In this document: positions 18,892-29,032 of the stretch, in pieces | Layout of the letters: the number at the start of each line of letters is the position of its first letter | How positions within the stretch are numbered: the stretch's first letter is position 1 | Assembly (NCBI GenBank): GCA_965223845.1 | Contig: CBDCXR010000004.1 | Span: forward strand, 5,664,001-5,728,000 | Length of the DNA stretch: 64,000 bases | Origin: Planctomycetota bacterium | Lineage (GTDB): Bacteria; Planctomycetota; UBA8108; SXIK01 | Direction: 5' to 3' | Translations under genes and position numbers: made by a program | Notes under the pieces: model-generated | Databases searched by the model: none | What the model saw: only the letters and a program-made list of their open reading frames with translations | Told to the model about the DNA's origin: nothing

Positions 18892-20492
18892 ACCGCCCGG
18901 GCATTCTTCGACGGAGGAGCGATCGAAGCATCCTCGAATTCGCCGCCGACGATCGGGAGCCTCACCTCGAACGTAGTTCCGCGGCCTTCGACGCTCGCGC
19001 AACCGACCGAGCCGCCGTGCGCTTCCACGATCGCCTTCGTGATCGCGAGACCCAGTCCCGTTCCGCCGTCCTTCGCCGCACGCGCGGAGTCTACTCGATA
19101 GAAGCGATCGAAGATGCGCGGAACGTTCTCGGCCGGAATTCCGATGCCGTTGTCCTCAACCGTTAGCTTGGCGACGTTTCCATCGCGCCCGAACGATACG
19201 CGAACGCGCCCGCCCGCCGGCGTATAGCGAATAGCGTTCGAGAGGAGATTGCCGACGACCTGGGCGAAGCGGCTGGCGTCGGCGCCCGTGGTGATCGAAT
19301 CGATCCCACAGACGATGTCGACTCCCGATTCGGCCGCGAGAGGCTCGACGAGCGCGACACCTTCGCTCACGATCCGCCCGAGATCGACCGACTCGCGGTG
19401 GAGTTGGAGCTCGCCCGAGTCGTTCTTCGCGAGCGTAAGGAGTCCGTCGACGAGCTCGCGCATCCGGCGCGCGACGGTGTAGCACGCTTCGATCACCTCC
19501 CGGTACTCGTCTGCCGAGCGGTCGCGGCGCCGCGCCATCGCCGTCTGCGCGAGAATGACGGATACGGGCGTTCTCAGCTCGTGGGATGCGTCCGCAGTGA
19601 ATTGCGCCTGCTGCTCGAACGCAGCCTGCAGACGATCGAAGGTACGATTCAAAACTCGCGCGAGCTCGCCGAGCTCCGTCTCGGTCGTGCCGACATCGAT
19701 GCGCTCGGAGAGATTGTCCGCGGAGATCGATTCCGCCGCGCGCCCGATCGCTCCGATCGGTCGAATCGCTCGCTTCGCGACGAACCAGCCGCCGAGGAGG
19801 CCGATGGCGAGGACGATTCCTCCGGAAGCGAACACCGCCCCGAGGAGACGGTCGAGCTCAGCGAGTTGTCGTTCGACGGAACGTCCGACGAGGACGATCC
19901 CGCCGCGCGAGAGAGCAAAGATCACCTCGCGATGCTTCCCTCGCTGACGAACGATCGAGGCGCCCTCCGCCGCCGGGGGGTCGGGTGGCTCGAGCTCGGG
20001 TGCTCCGTCGGATCGCCGCAGAACCTCGCCGTGACGCTCCCAGAGAACGAAATACGGTGGAGATTCCCCTTGTTCGGCAAACCGACGGCGGACGGTTTCC
20101 GGCAGATCGATGCGCCGGAGCATCTCCTCGCGAGAACGCGACGGTCCTCGGCGCGCGCCCCGGCCCGGCCCGCGCTCACCGCGACGTCCGGGCCGAGAGT
20201 TGCCGCGCTCGAAGGCCCCGCGTCCGAACTCCTCGCGAAAGAGCTCGCGGAGCTCCGGGTCGTCCATCCATTCGCGCGGCCCACGAAACGGGCCGCGGGG
20301 ACGACTCCCCGGGACGCGACGCGCGCGCTCGGCGAGGATCTGTGCCGCGCCCTCGAGCTCCGCGTCGACTCCGGCGAAACTCGCTTGGCGGACGAGGGAG
20401 TAGAGTGTCCCCCCGAACCCCGCGACGACGACGACGAGAATGAGAGTGATCCACGCGAGGAACGTCGCGCGAATCGAGCGAACTCTAGGCAT
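18888..20492 (-). CDS. two-component sensor histidine kinase (HAMP, HisKA, HATPase)
   Basis: Two TM segments, DASHELRTP H-box, NLLSNAIRY, DNGIGI, FDRFYR, GTGLGL. Confidence 0.95.
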   Translation of the reverse strand: MPRVRSIRATFLAWITLILVVVVAGFGGTLYSLVRQASFAGVDAELEGAAQILAERARRVPGSRPRGPFRGPREWMDDPELRELFREEFGRGAFERGNSRPGRRGERGPGRGARRGPSRSREEMLRRIDLPETVRRRFAEQGESPPYFVLWERHGEVLRRSDGAPELEPPDPPAAEGASIVRQRGKHREVIFALSRGGIVLVGRSVERQLAELDRLLGAVFASGGIVLAIGLLGGWFVAKRAIRPIGAIGRAAESISADNLSERIDVGTTETELGELARVLNRTFDRLQAAFEQQAQFTADASHELRTPVSVILAQTAMARRRDRSADEYREVIEACYTVARRMRELVDGLLTLAKNDSGELQLHRESVDLGRIVSEGVALVEPLAAESGVDIVCGIDSITTGADASRFAQVVGNLLSNAIRYTPAGGRVRVSFGRDGNVAKLTVEDNGIGIPAENVPRIFDRFYRVDSARAAKDGGTGLGLAITKAIVEAHGGSVGCASVEGRGTTFEVRLPIVGGEFEDASIAPPSKNARAV

Positions 20493-21138
20493 CGATCACG
20501 TACCCGAGCCCCCGCCGCGTCGTGATGAAGTCCTTTCCGAGCTTTTTTCTCACGTGTGAAACGTGCACCTCCATCACCTTCGAGAAGCTCTCGTCCGTCT
20601 CGTTCCCGAGGTGCTCGTAGAGATCGGAGCGCGTGACAACTCGCCCGCGGCGCAGCGCGAGAAACTCTACGAGCGCGTACTCGCGCGCAGTGAGACGCAC
20701 CTCTCCTCCGTCCTTCGTGACCGTCTTCGCCGCGGTGTCGATCGCGACGTCGCCGATCTCGATCGCCGGATTCGCGACGCCGGTCGAACGACGAATCACG
20801 GCGCGCAGTCGTGCGAGCAGCTCTTCGAGGTCGAACGGCTTGACGACGTAGTCGTCTGCCCCTCCGTTCAGCCCGCGGACTCGATCGGAGACGTCGTCGC
20901 GCGCCGTGAGCATGACGACGGGCGTTTTCTTCGATTCGCGGAGCCCCCGGAGGACCTCCCACCCATCGCGCTTCGGAAGCATGACGTCGAGAAGGATGGC
21001 GTCGTAGTCCCACACGGACGCCTTGTACATGCCCTCTTCGCCGTCCTCCGCGGTATCGACCGCGTAGCCGTCGTCCGAGAGGCTCTTCTCGAGCGCGCGG
21101 CGGAGGAGCAGTTCATCTTCAACGACGAGGACGCGCAT
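20485..21138 (-). CDS. OmpR family response regulator
   Basis: VVEDE, LLDVMLP, LTARD, GADDYVVKPF and winged-helix TRRGLGY. Confidence 0.95.
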   Translation of the reverse strand: MRVLVVEDELLLRRALEKSLSDDGYAVDTAEDGEEGMYKASVWDYDAILLDVMLPKRDGWEVLRGLRESKKTPVVMLTARDDVSDRVRGLNGGADDYVVKPFDLEELLARLRAVIRRSTGVANPAIEIGDVAIDTAAKTVTKDGGEVRLTAREYALVEFLALRRGRVVTRSDLYEHLGNETDESFSKVMEVHVSHVRKKLGKDFITTRRGLGYVIDA

Positions 21139-21540
21139 GAAACATCTCGCGAATTGATCTCGGTGCCCCCATGGTCTGAAACCCCTGAATCGGTGCCGAG
21201 CTTCGGTTCCATTCGACGGGAGATCAGCGCCTGAGCGCTGGCGCGAGTACGCCCACGGGGCCGAGTCACGCCCAACGCGCAGCTTGGCCGATATTGCGGG
21301 CGTCCCGCGATTCGAAACCGACTGAGCTTGTACGTGATTCTCGCGCCTCCGGTAGCGCTCGGCATCTTCAACTCGACTCGGGTCGGTGCTCGAGTTCGCG
21401 GCGCCGGAGAGTCTGACGAGGAATCCGGGCTCGAGGGAGACTAGAGAAGCTTCGCGTTTCGAGGGCTGCGGAGTGCCGCAGGCAGAAGTTCATCGACGCC
21501 GGGTTGTCGTCCGGCACTCAGGTGCTCGCTCCTCCGGACG

Positions 21541-22203
21541 TCACCGAGCGCTTGCACCTCCTGGCGACTCCTCCTTCCAATGCGAAATCCGCCACAGATA
21601 CAGGCTCGCGACGCTGCGATACGGCGCCCAACGTTCGGCTTCCCGCGCGCACTCCGGCGGCGAGAGCTCGCGACCGACCACTCGCGCGACTCCCGCTCGG
21701 AGGGCGAGATCGCCGGGCGAGAAGACGTCGATCCGCCCGACGGAAAAGATGAGGAACATTTCCGCCGTCCAGCGACCGATGCCCTTCACGCGAGTGAGCC
21801 GTTCGATGATCTCCTCGTTCGGAAGAGCCCCGAACCGGGCGCGGCGAAGATCGCCCGCGTGAAACTCCGTCGCGAGCGCGCGGAGGTATTCCGCCTTCTG
21901 GCGCGAGAGACCGGCGGCGCGGAGACGGGACGGTCGGAACCGAAGCAGCTCCGCAGGGTTCGGTTTCCCCGAGTCGAACATCGCTTCGAACCGCCCGCAG
22001 ATCGTCCTTGCGGCGGCGGCCGCGACCTGCTGTGAAATGATCGATCGACAGAGCGCGTTAAAGTACGGTCGCTGTCGCCGGAGACCCACCTCGCCGATGC
22101 GATCCATCCACCGCCCGAGGCGAGGGTCGTTCGCCCGGAGAGCCGCGCGTCCCTTGCGGAGCGTTTCGCGGGTGAGTCGAACAGACTTCGCGCCGGTCGG
22201 CAT
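21541..22203 (-). CDS. DNA-3-methyladenine glycosylase II family (HhH-GPD)
   Basis: IISQQV, GLSRQKAEY, VKGIGRWTAEMFLIF, GDLAL, WAPYRSVASLYLW. Confidence 0.9.
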   Translation of the reverse strand: MPTGAKSVRLTRETLRKGRAALRANDPRLGRWMDRIGEVGLRRQRPYFNALCRSIISQQVAAAAARTICGRFEAMFDSGKPNPAELLRFRPSRLRAAGLSRQKAEYLRALATEFHAGDLRRARFGALPNEEIIERLTRVKGIGRWTAEMFLIFSVGRIDVFSPGDLALRAGVARVVGRELSPPECAREAERWAPYRSVASLYLWRISHWKEESPGGASAR

Positions 22204-22210
22204 GCCGCGA

Positions 22211-25200
22211 TCACTCGGTGGGGATTCGATTGAGCGTGTAATGCGCGACCCTCGGCCACAAGCCGTCCGTCCCGTCACCGCCGACGGCATCGTCGACTTG
22301 GATATCGTAGAGGAATCCCGGGCGAAGCGCGCCGACCTCGAGCCGGACCGAACGCCCGGTCGCTGCGAGTCGCGCCGCGATCACCTTCGCTTCGTGCCGA
22401 TCACGATCGGGCGTCGCGTATCCGCCCTTCCAGATTCGCTGATATCCGGAAACGCGATAGCTACCCGGGTCCACCGCCTTCGCTCGTGCGACTGCGCGAG
22501 TGAATTCGATGTCGAATCCGCCGCGCCACGCGCGCACTTCGCGGATTCCCGTCGGCACCTCGTCCGCCGCGAGCTCGAGGCGCAAGATCGAGCCGACGTT
22601 CGCGCCCCCGCCCCAGCCCGAATCGTGCAGATTCCCGACGTAGAGCCTTCCCGCCGGGGACACCGCGCAGCTCAGTGGACCGAGTAGACGCGGGCCATCG
22701 GGTCCGCTTCGACTGAGTGGGTAGCAAGCGCCTTGGTACGTATCCCCGATGCGATCGAGCGTAAATCGAATGAGCATCCGATTGTCGAGCTCGCAACCGA
22801 TTCCGTGCCCTTCGAAGACACCGAACGCGCCGCCCGCTTCGAGAAACGTGATCCCGTTCACGCTGCGCGTCCAGGGATGCGGGATCTTGATCGCCGGTGG
22901 CTCGCCTCGAACCGCTCGATCCGGCTCGGGATCCGTAAGGCTCGGCATTCCGTAGATCTTTCCCGCGCGGAGATGGTTGATCTCGTTGAACGGATTCCCG
23001 ACGCCCTGGTTGTCGCTAAAGAAGATCGCGCCCGTGGAGTTTTTCGCCGCTCCCACGCTGTAGCGAACGCCGCGGGCGACCGCCTCGATATCGCCGCTCA
23101 CCGATACCGCGATCGCCTTCCCGCGATAGAGTGTCGTCGCGCGATCGCGCGCGGCCTGGGCGTAGTCGCTCCCGAGAAACGCGTAGATACGATCGCCCCG
23201 CGGAATGACACCGACCGTCCAGTCGTGATAGTCGTGCGTATATCCCCAGCCCGTCGCGACGACGTCGGCGCGATCGAGAAAACCGTCGCCCGTCGTATCT
23301 CGAAGCCGAAGGATCTCCGGTTTGTGACTCACGAGGAGCGTGCTGCCGTCGAAGGCGAGACCGAACGGCGCGGCGAGCTGATCGGCGATCACGCGGGCGT
23401 CGTCCTCGAAGCCATCGCCGTCGGCATCGCGGAGGAGATACACGTCTCCCTTGAGCGAAGCGACGACCGCCCCTTCGCCCGCGGGCGGGAAAGCGAAGGC
23501 AGTCGGCATGATTCGGCTTGGAAGCGGAAGCTGCTCGACGCGAAAGCCGGGGACGAGCGGGAGCCGCTCTCGAGCGCGTACGATCCCGGTCTCGACGGGC
23601 GGTGCTGCACTCACTTCGAGCGGCTCGCCGGCTTCGAGTGCGTAGCGAAGAAGCGCGATCGACTCGCCGCCCGCCGCCTGCTCTGCTCGCCAGCCAAAGA
23701 CGCGATCGCCCTCTCGCGACCCTCCCGTCTCGAGCGTGCCGACACCCGCGGCGCCGTCCTCGATCGCCGCGAGCGGAAGCGAGCGCTCCCCGCTCGTTCC
23801 CGCAACCTCGACGCGGCCTCCCGGGGAATCGAACGCGAGCGCACCTCTGGCTCCGCGAACCTCCAGCGAGGCCGCGAGCTCGGAATCGAGCGCGGCGAAG
23901 ATCCAAACGTTCCGCTCGCCGTCCGTTCGAACCCGAATGCGTCGCTCGAATCCGCGCCGCGCGCCCGCCTCGGCCCACGCGCGGATCGTCTCGGAAACGT
24001 CGACGACACCGCTCTGTTCGAACTCGAGGCGATAGTCGACGCGCACACCGTCCTCGACGTGGCGCCAGCCGCGAAGTCGTCCGAGCGACTGCGCGTCGCG
24101 ACGGACGCGGTCCCATCCGGCCTCCGATCGGATCCCGATGCTCGCGACGCGAGGGAAACGCCCGACGATCGGCGACCCGAGCGGCTCCCAGAGCCAGGTC
24201 TTCCCTCGCGTGTACTCGCCGGCAAACCGTCCGCGCCACCACGCGCGAAGCGAGAGCGCGTCGAGGTCGAAGAGGACGTTTTGTCCGCCGAGAAATCCGA
24301 TCGCGAACGCTCGCGGCGTCCATCCCTCGCCGAATGGTCCGCGCGCTCGAAACACGTCGCGAACGACGATCGCACGCGCGGCAGTCGGCTCGAGCTCGCG
24401 GACGAGACGATCGGCGGGCGGTGCGGAGAAGCTCGGCGAGTTGATCGCCTCCCAGATCGCGCTCATCTGCGCGTCCCAATCGCCACCGAGAGCGGGAGAC
24501 GATCCAGCCGCGATGGCCGGCATTTCGATGCCGGGCACGATGCGACTCGGATCGCGCATCCACCGCCGAAAGAACTCGGGGCGCATCCAGCGCGAAAGAC
24601 TCGCGAGGTTGACGCCGCGAACGTTCGGCGCGACACCGGCCGGCGAAAACGACGCGAGATCGTGACAGGACGAACACCCGAACCCCGCGGCGCCGACGAG
24701 CCGATGCCCGACCGCGAATCGATCCGTCGGCGGGTCCTCGCGCGCGGGTGGTTCGAGAAGCACCTCCGGGACGCGATCCTCGGCCGCGAACCAAGACTCG
24801 ATCGCGCCTTCTTCTTCGGGCGAAAGATGAGCGAAGCTCGGCATCCGGACGCGAAGCCAGGGACGACGCTCGACGGGAGTGCGCAGCGTGCGCGCAATTA
24901 AGCCGACGGGGAACTTATCGCCGGCCGCCGAGAGCGCGGGAGGCCGGAGCGCGCCCTCTGCTCCGCGGAGGGAATCATCGCGCGCGGTGACCGCCTGAAT
25001 GACTTCGCCGAGCGCGGTGCGGCTGCCGCGGCGGTGGCAGGAAAAACAGCCCTCCGCGTCGATCGCGAGCGCACCGTGGGTCTCCTCGGTGAGAGCTGGG
25101 CTCGGCGATCGGAGATACGCCTCGAGCGCACGTCGTTCCTCCGGAGTCACGTCGTAGCGGGGACGAAACGGCGAGGATGGCGATCGCGGATGGAGACAAC

Positions 25201-26515
25201 TTCGAGAGGAATCGAATGCCGCCGGCGAGAGCGTGGTCCGCTCGGGCGACGCGACGGGATCGGGAAGCGCGTGGCACGCTCCACAGCGCCGAGCCGCGAT
25301 GATCGTTTTCGCCGACGAAGCGTCTCCGTCCCCCGGCGCTGCGGATTCGTCGTGCGTTCGCGACACCTCGCCTTCACCAGAAAGCGACGTCAGAAACGCC
25401 ACCACGTTGTCGAGTCCGCCGTCGCGCCACGGGAGACGCGGCCGGTGGGTCTCGAGCGCTTGTTCGCTCCCAGCGCCCGAGAGCCATCGGCGGAGACCAC
25501 GGACATCGCGATGGTCTACCGCACGATCGAGAGGCCCTCCAGCGTGCCGTTTACCAAGGCCCACGCCGCCGAGCGTGTGGCACGCGAGACAACCGCCTGT
25601 CTCGACGACGCGACGCCCGGCGCGAGCGTTCGGATTCTTCGTCTGAGGGCTCTTCTGCGTGGGCCGCGGATCCGTTCGAGCGGCCGCGGAAGATGCCGCC
25701 GCGAGATAGCGCGCGATGGCGCGAACATCGTCCTCCGCGAGGTCGAACTCCGGCATGCGCGCTCCGGGATGCGCGGCCGCCGGAGACCGCACGCGCGCCC
25801 GGAGATGACTCTCGGTGAGCGTCGGTGCGCGAAGCGCCGGCGCCGAACGAGGCGACGGGAGTCCGGGAATGGCGTGACACGCGGCACACGAGAGTCGGTG
25901 CGCGAGACGACGCCCGCGCTCGCGTTCCGTGAGCGCGCGCGACAGCGGACCGTCGCGATGGAAAACGGCTCCGCCGCCGAGCGGTTCCCACGGCAAGAAC
26001 GATGTCCGCCAATACGCGCTGATTTGCCCTCGCGTCGTCGCGCGGTACTCGACCTCGAGCTCAGTGAGTCCGAAGGGGAGCGCCATCTCGAAACGCACGG
26101 GCGTACCGGGTTCGCGGATCGAGATCGATCCCGATTGAGTGCCGAGGCGGTAGCGCACTTCGCCGGGGTCACCCAGTATCGCGAGCTCGTAGGTTTCGTC
26201 GTCGGGGACGTCGACGAGTCCGCGCCAGCGGCGGACCGTGCTCGGCTGGACTCGGCCGGCGAGCCGCGTGACGATCTCGGCCGGCTCGGCTCCGACCGGC
26301 GAAGCGCCGTCCGAACGCTCGAGGGTCGAGAGAAGACCCGGACGCAGGTTGCGGTCATCCCCCGCGGCGTTCTCCGCCGGCGATGCGCTCGCGGGTATCG
26401 AGGCGGCGATCCAGCTCGCGAGCGCGAGCGCCCGCGCGGCGTAGCGCGCGGGGACCGAGCGCTCTGAGCTGAGCGGAATGGATCGACGAGCGTTCAAACG
26501 GACGGCACTTCGCAT
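22211..26515 (-). CDS. large secreted pentaheme cytochrome c fused to a C-terminal beta-propeller dehydrogenase-like domain
   Basis: Five CxxCH motifs (CAACH, CLACH, CGACH, CFSCH, CSSCH), distal Met motifs (ARMPEF, VRMPSF, IEMPAI) and C-terminal propeller repeats (FFSDNQG...NEINHL). Confidence 0.8.
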   Translation of the reverse strand: MRSAVRLNARRSIPLSSERSVPARYAARALALASWIAASIPASASPAENAAGDDRNLRPGLLSTLERSDGASPVGAEPAEIVTRLAGRVQPSTVRRWRGLVDVPDDETYELAILGDPGEVRYRLGTQSGSISIREPGTPVRFEMALPFGLTELEVEYRATTRGQISAYWRTSFLPWEPLGGGAVFHRDGPLSRALTERERGRRLAHRLSCAACHAIPGLPSPRSAPALRAPTLTESHLRARVRSPAAAHPGARMPEFDLAEDDVRAIARYLAAASSAAARTDPRPTQKSPQTKNPNARAGRRVVETGGCLACHTLGGVGLGKRHAGGPLDRAVDHRDVRGLRRWLSGAGSEQALETHRPRLPWRDGGLDNVVAFLTSLSGEGEVSRTHDESAAPGDGDASSAKTIIAARRCGACHALPDPVASPERTTLSPAAFDSSRSCLHPRSPSSPFRPRYDVTPEERRALEAYLRSPSPALTEETHGALAIDAEGCFSCHRRGSRTALGEVIQAVTARDDSLRGAEGALRPPALSAAGDKFPVGLIARTLRTPVERRPWLRVRMPSFAHLSPEEEGAIESWFAAEDRVPEVLLEPPAREDPPTDRFAVGHRLVGAAGFGCSSCHDLASFSPAGVAPNVRGVNLASLSRWMRPEFFRRWMRDPSRIVPGIEMPAIAAGSSPALGGDWDAQMSAIWEAINSPSFSAPPADRLVRELEPTAARAIVVRDVFRARGPFGEGWTPRAFAIGFLGGQNVLFDLDALSLRAWWRGRFAGEYTRGKTWLWEPLGSPIVGRFPRVASIGIRSEAGWDRVRRDAQSLGRLRGWRHVEDGVRVDYRLEFEQSGVVDVSETIRAWAEAGARRGFERRIRVRTDGERNVWIFAALDSELAASLEVRGARGALAFDSPGGRVEVAGTSGERSLPLAAIEDGAAGVGTLETGGSREGDRVFGWRAEQAAGGESIALLRYALEAGEPLEVSAAPPVETGIVRARERLPLVPGFRVEQLPLPSRIMPTAFAFPPAGEGAVVASLKGDVYLLRDADGDGFEDDARVIADQLAAPFGLAFDGSTLLVSHKPEILRLRDTTGDGFLDRADVVATGWGYTHDYHDWTVGVIPRGDRIYAFLGSDYAQAARDRATTLYRGKAIAVSVSGDIEAVARGVRYSVGAAKNSTGAIFFSDNQGVGNPFNEINHLRAGKIYGMPSLTDPEPDRAVRGEPPAIKIPHPWTRSVNGITFLEAGGAFGVFEGHGIGCELDNRMLIRFTLDRIGDTYQGACYPLSRSGPDGPRLLGPLSCAVSPAGRLYVGNLHDSGWGGGANVGSILRLELAADEVPTGIREVRAWRGGFDIEFTRAVARAKAVDPGSYRVSGYQRIWKGGYATPDRDRHEAKVIAARLAATGRSVRLEVGALRPGFLYDIQVDDAVGGDGTDGLWPRVAHYTLNRIPTE

Positions 26516-27019
26516 GGAAGATAAGGGGGAGAACCGGCGAGAAGCAGCGATCGCCAGATTCTAATGGACGCGCGGAGGGGGACGCGCCGGCGTCCGGCTC
26601 GACTAGGCAGTTGTGAGCGCATATAGATCGTATCTTCGCGACCTATCGATCTTTCGAGCGCGACCGCGGGATAGGCCCCGGTTCGGGCGAAAGCTCTGCG
26701 GAGAACGGTCGCCTTCGATCCCTCGAGCGCCGGAACGGACTCCGGAAGCGTCCGCGGGGTTCCAACGGAGGCGGAATCGCTCGGCGTGGGCTCCGTTAGA
26801 CGCGAAAACTGTAGTGTTCCGGCGACTCTCGTCGTCTTAAGATGCGCGATGGTCGCGTGTTCGATGCGCGGAGGTTTCCGTGGGAACCGCCGCGTGGCGC
26901 CCGCGCGTTGTATCCAACTGCGGGCCTCTCGCGAGGCGCCAACGCGTCCAAGGTACGAACCGAACGAAGCGGATCCCGGGGGAAAACACCGGGGGGGACC
27001 AATACGGAGAGGGAACCCT

Positions 27020-28066
27020 ATGAATCGAGCTCTCAGATACGGCGCGCCGGTCCTCGGCCTGGCCGCGGCGCTCTGGCTTGGCGCGTTCGCGAACGCGACG
27101 GCGACCGCCCCCGCCAAGCTGCAGGAATCGCTGAGCCTCGGCGAGCACTGGTACGGCCCGAAGATCACGGCGAAGGATCTTCTCGGAAAGGTCGTCCTCT
27201 ACGAAGTCTGGGGGAAGAACTGAGGCCCCTGCATCAGTGCGATGCCGCAGCTCGTGAAGCTGCAGAAAGACTACAAGGACCAGGGCTTCACCATCATCGC
27301 GAACCACGCTCAGAACATCCCGAAGGATGAGGTGGTGACGTATCTCCGTTCGGCGAAGGTGAACTTCACCGTGACGAGCGGCGGGCGCGTCGACGTGCCG
27401 AATCGCCTGAGCGGAATCCCAGCGGCGTACCTATTCGACTCGAGCGGGAAGCTCGTCCTCTCCGGACGACCCGCGACGATGAAGCAACAGATCATCGATC
27501 TCATTCAGAGCGAGCCGCATTTCCTCGCCGCCGGTCGGTCGTACAAGAAGCTCGGGAAGATCGCCGCGTCGCTCAAGCGGTCGAAAGCGTACGCCTCGAT
27601 CCTGAAGAAGCTCGACAAGGAAGAAAAGAAGGGCGGTGAGGCCGCCGAAGAAGCCGCGTATCTCTCGAGCCGCATTCGGAACTACGGAAAAGATCGCTAC
27701 CTGGCGGCGAAGAAGCTCGAACGGAGCGACGCCTTCGGGGCGATGTCGATCTACAACGAGCTCAAGGTCACCTTCAAGGGCGAGAAAGCCGGCGACAAGG
27801 CCGACGAACGCATCAAGGCCCTGAAGAAGAACAAGGAGTTCCAAACCGAGCTCAAAGCGGGTGAGATCGCGGCAAAGATCCTCGCCGAATGCGAGAAGCT
27901 AACCGTGCCGCGCGGCCGCTCGAAGCCGGACCTGAGCGGCGGCCAGAACAAGCGCATCGCCGGTAAAGTGCGCGGAATGATGGCCGTTCTCCTCAAGCGG
28001 TACGGCGAGACGAACGCGGCGAAGAAGGCGAAGGCTGATCTCAAGGACTACGGGTTCAGTTTCTGA
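27020..28066 (+). CDS. TlpA/thioredoxin-like protein, probable selenoprotein (in-frame UGA 27221-27223 giving U-G-P-C)
   Basis: GGAGAGGG RBS; signal peptide; DLLGKVVLYEVWGKN-TGA-GPCISAMPQLVKLQKDY continues in the same frame into GIPAAYLFDSSGKLV (cis-Pro loop). Confidence 0.85.
27229..27265 (+). promoter_or_regulatory. candidate bacterial SECIS hairpin region immediately 3' of the in-frame UGA
   Basis: Stems GCATC(27231-35)/GATGC(27241-45) and GCAGCT(27247-52)/AGCTGC(27258-63). Confidence 0.45.
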
Positions 28067-28097
28067 GGTCGGTTTCTCTCAGACTCGTTCGAAAGTG

Positions 28098-28139
28098 AAA
28101 CACCCGCGTGCGGAAGACTCCGCGCGCGGGTGTTTTTTT
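28098..28139 (+). terminator. Rho-independent terminator
   Basis: AAACACCCGCGTGCGGA-agac-TCCGCGCGCGGGTGTTT followed by a T run, just after the TlpA gene. Confidence 0.85.
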
Positions 28140-28182
28140 GCTCCGAGGGACAGTCGAGCCGCTGGAGGACGGCCATCTCGAG

Positions 28183-28791
28183 CTAAGAGCCGAGCGGTTC
28201 CTGATCGCTGTCCGATTCGTCGATCTCATCGAGCTTCGCGTCTGCGGCAACGTCATCGTCGTAGATATCGAGCAGAAACCAGCCCGCCAGAAAATCTACG
28301 AGTTCTCCTGGGTTCACGCCGAGGCGGAGCCCACCGGCGAGAACGCCAGCGGAAACCTCGAGTTGGGTGTACCTCGGCGCTACGCGTCTCCAGTCCCCAG
28401 CCTCTTCGAAACCACCGAAGTATCCACGGGGATCGGTGTGCGGGTGCCAGTACGGGAGCAAGAAAAACGAGCTGACGTGAAACTCTTTCCTTCGACGGTC
28501 ATCGTCGAATCCCCAAAAACCGTGAAGGAACCCCCAAGGGGGCGCGAAGCTGCAGTCGAGGAACTCGAACTCCGTCCACTGTCCTCCGATCAAACCTCGG
28601 CCCGTTGCGCCCGACGAACTGCAGTACACACCTGGTCCCCAAGGCCCAACCTGGGCTTTCACACCAAAGGTCTGGGTCTCCACCGTTGCCGTGAAGATGT
28701 CGAGGACGTCTCGGCCTCGGTTCGACCAGTACGACGCGCAACCACACGCCATCGAAACGACGCAGACCGCAAGCCCTCGTAGGAACATCAT
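28183..28791 (-). CDS. putative lipoprotein, hypothetical
   Basis: Lipobox-like VVSMACG-C, then ASYWSNRGRDVLDIF...LGVNPGELVDFLAGWFLLDIYDDD. Confidence 0.65.
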   Translation of the reverse strand: MMFLRGLAVCVVSMACGCASYWSNRGRDVLDIFTATVETQTFGVKAQVGPWGPGVYCSSSGATGRGLIGGQWTEFEFLDCSFAPPWGFLHGFWGFDDDRRRKEFHVSSFFLLPYWHPHTDPRGYFGGFEEAGDWRRVAPRYTQLEVSAGVLAGGLRLGVNPGELVDFLAGWFLLDIYDDDVAADAKLDEIDESDSDQEPLGS

Positions 28792-29032
28792 TCCTAGATT
28801 CGGTCGGCTCGGTCCGGAATGTTCCCGGCTCGATCGCCAAGTGCTCGTCGGGTGCATCGCGATACGACTTTTTCGTGCGGACGACAATTGGACAAGGGAC
28901 GACGTATTCCGGATTTAGTTTCTGATTCCGGCCTCGCTCAGTCGGATCCAATCTGAAACACGCGCGAGTTTTCTCCTGAGAAATCGACGCGCAGACTTGA
29001 GCTGCGAGTCCAGCTCGAACGCCTACGAAGGA

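Noticed and set aside
27221-27223. Alternative genetic code (UGA = Trp or Gly) or a simple pseudogene
   Set aside because: Many genes in the window end normally at TGA, and this UGA aligns precisely with the catalytic Cys position with both halves intact. A nonsense mutation is not fully excluded.
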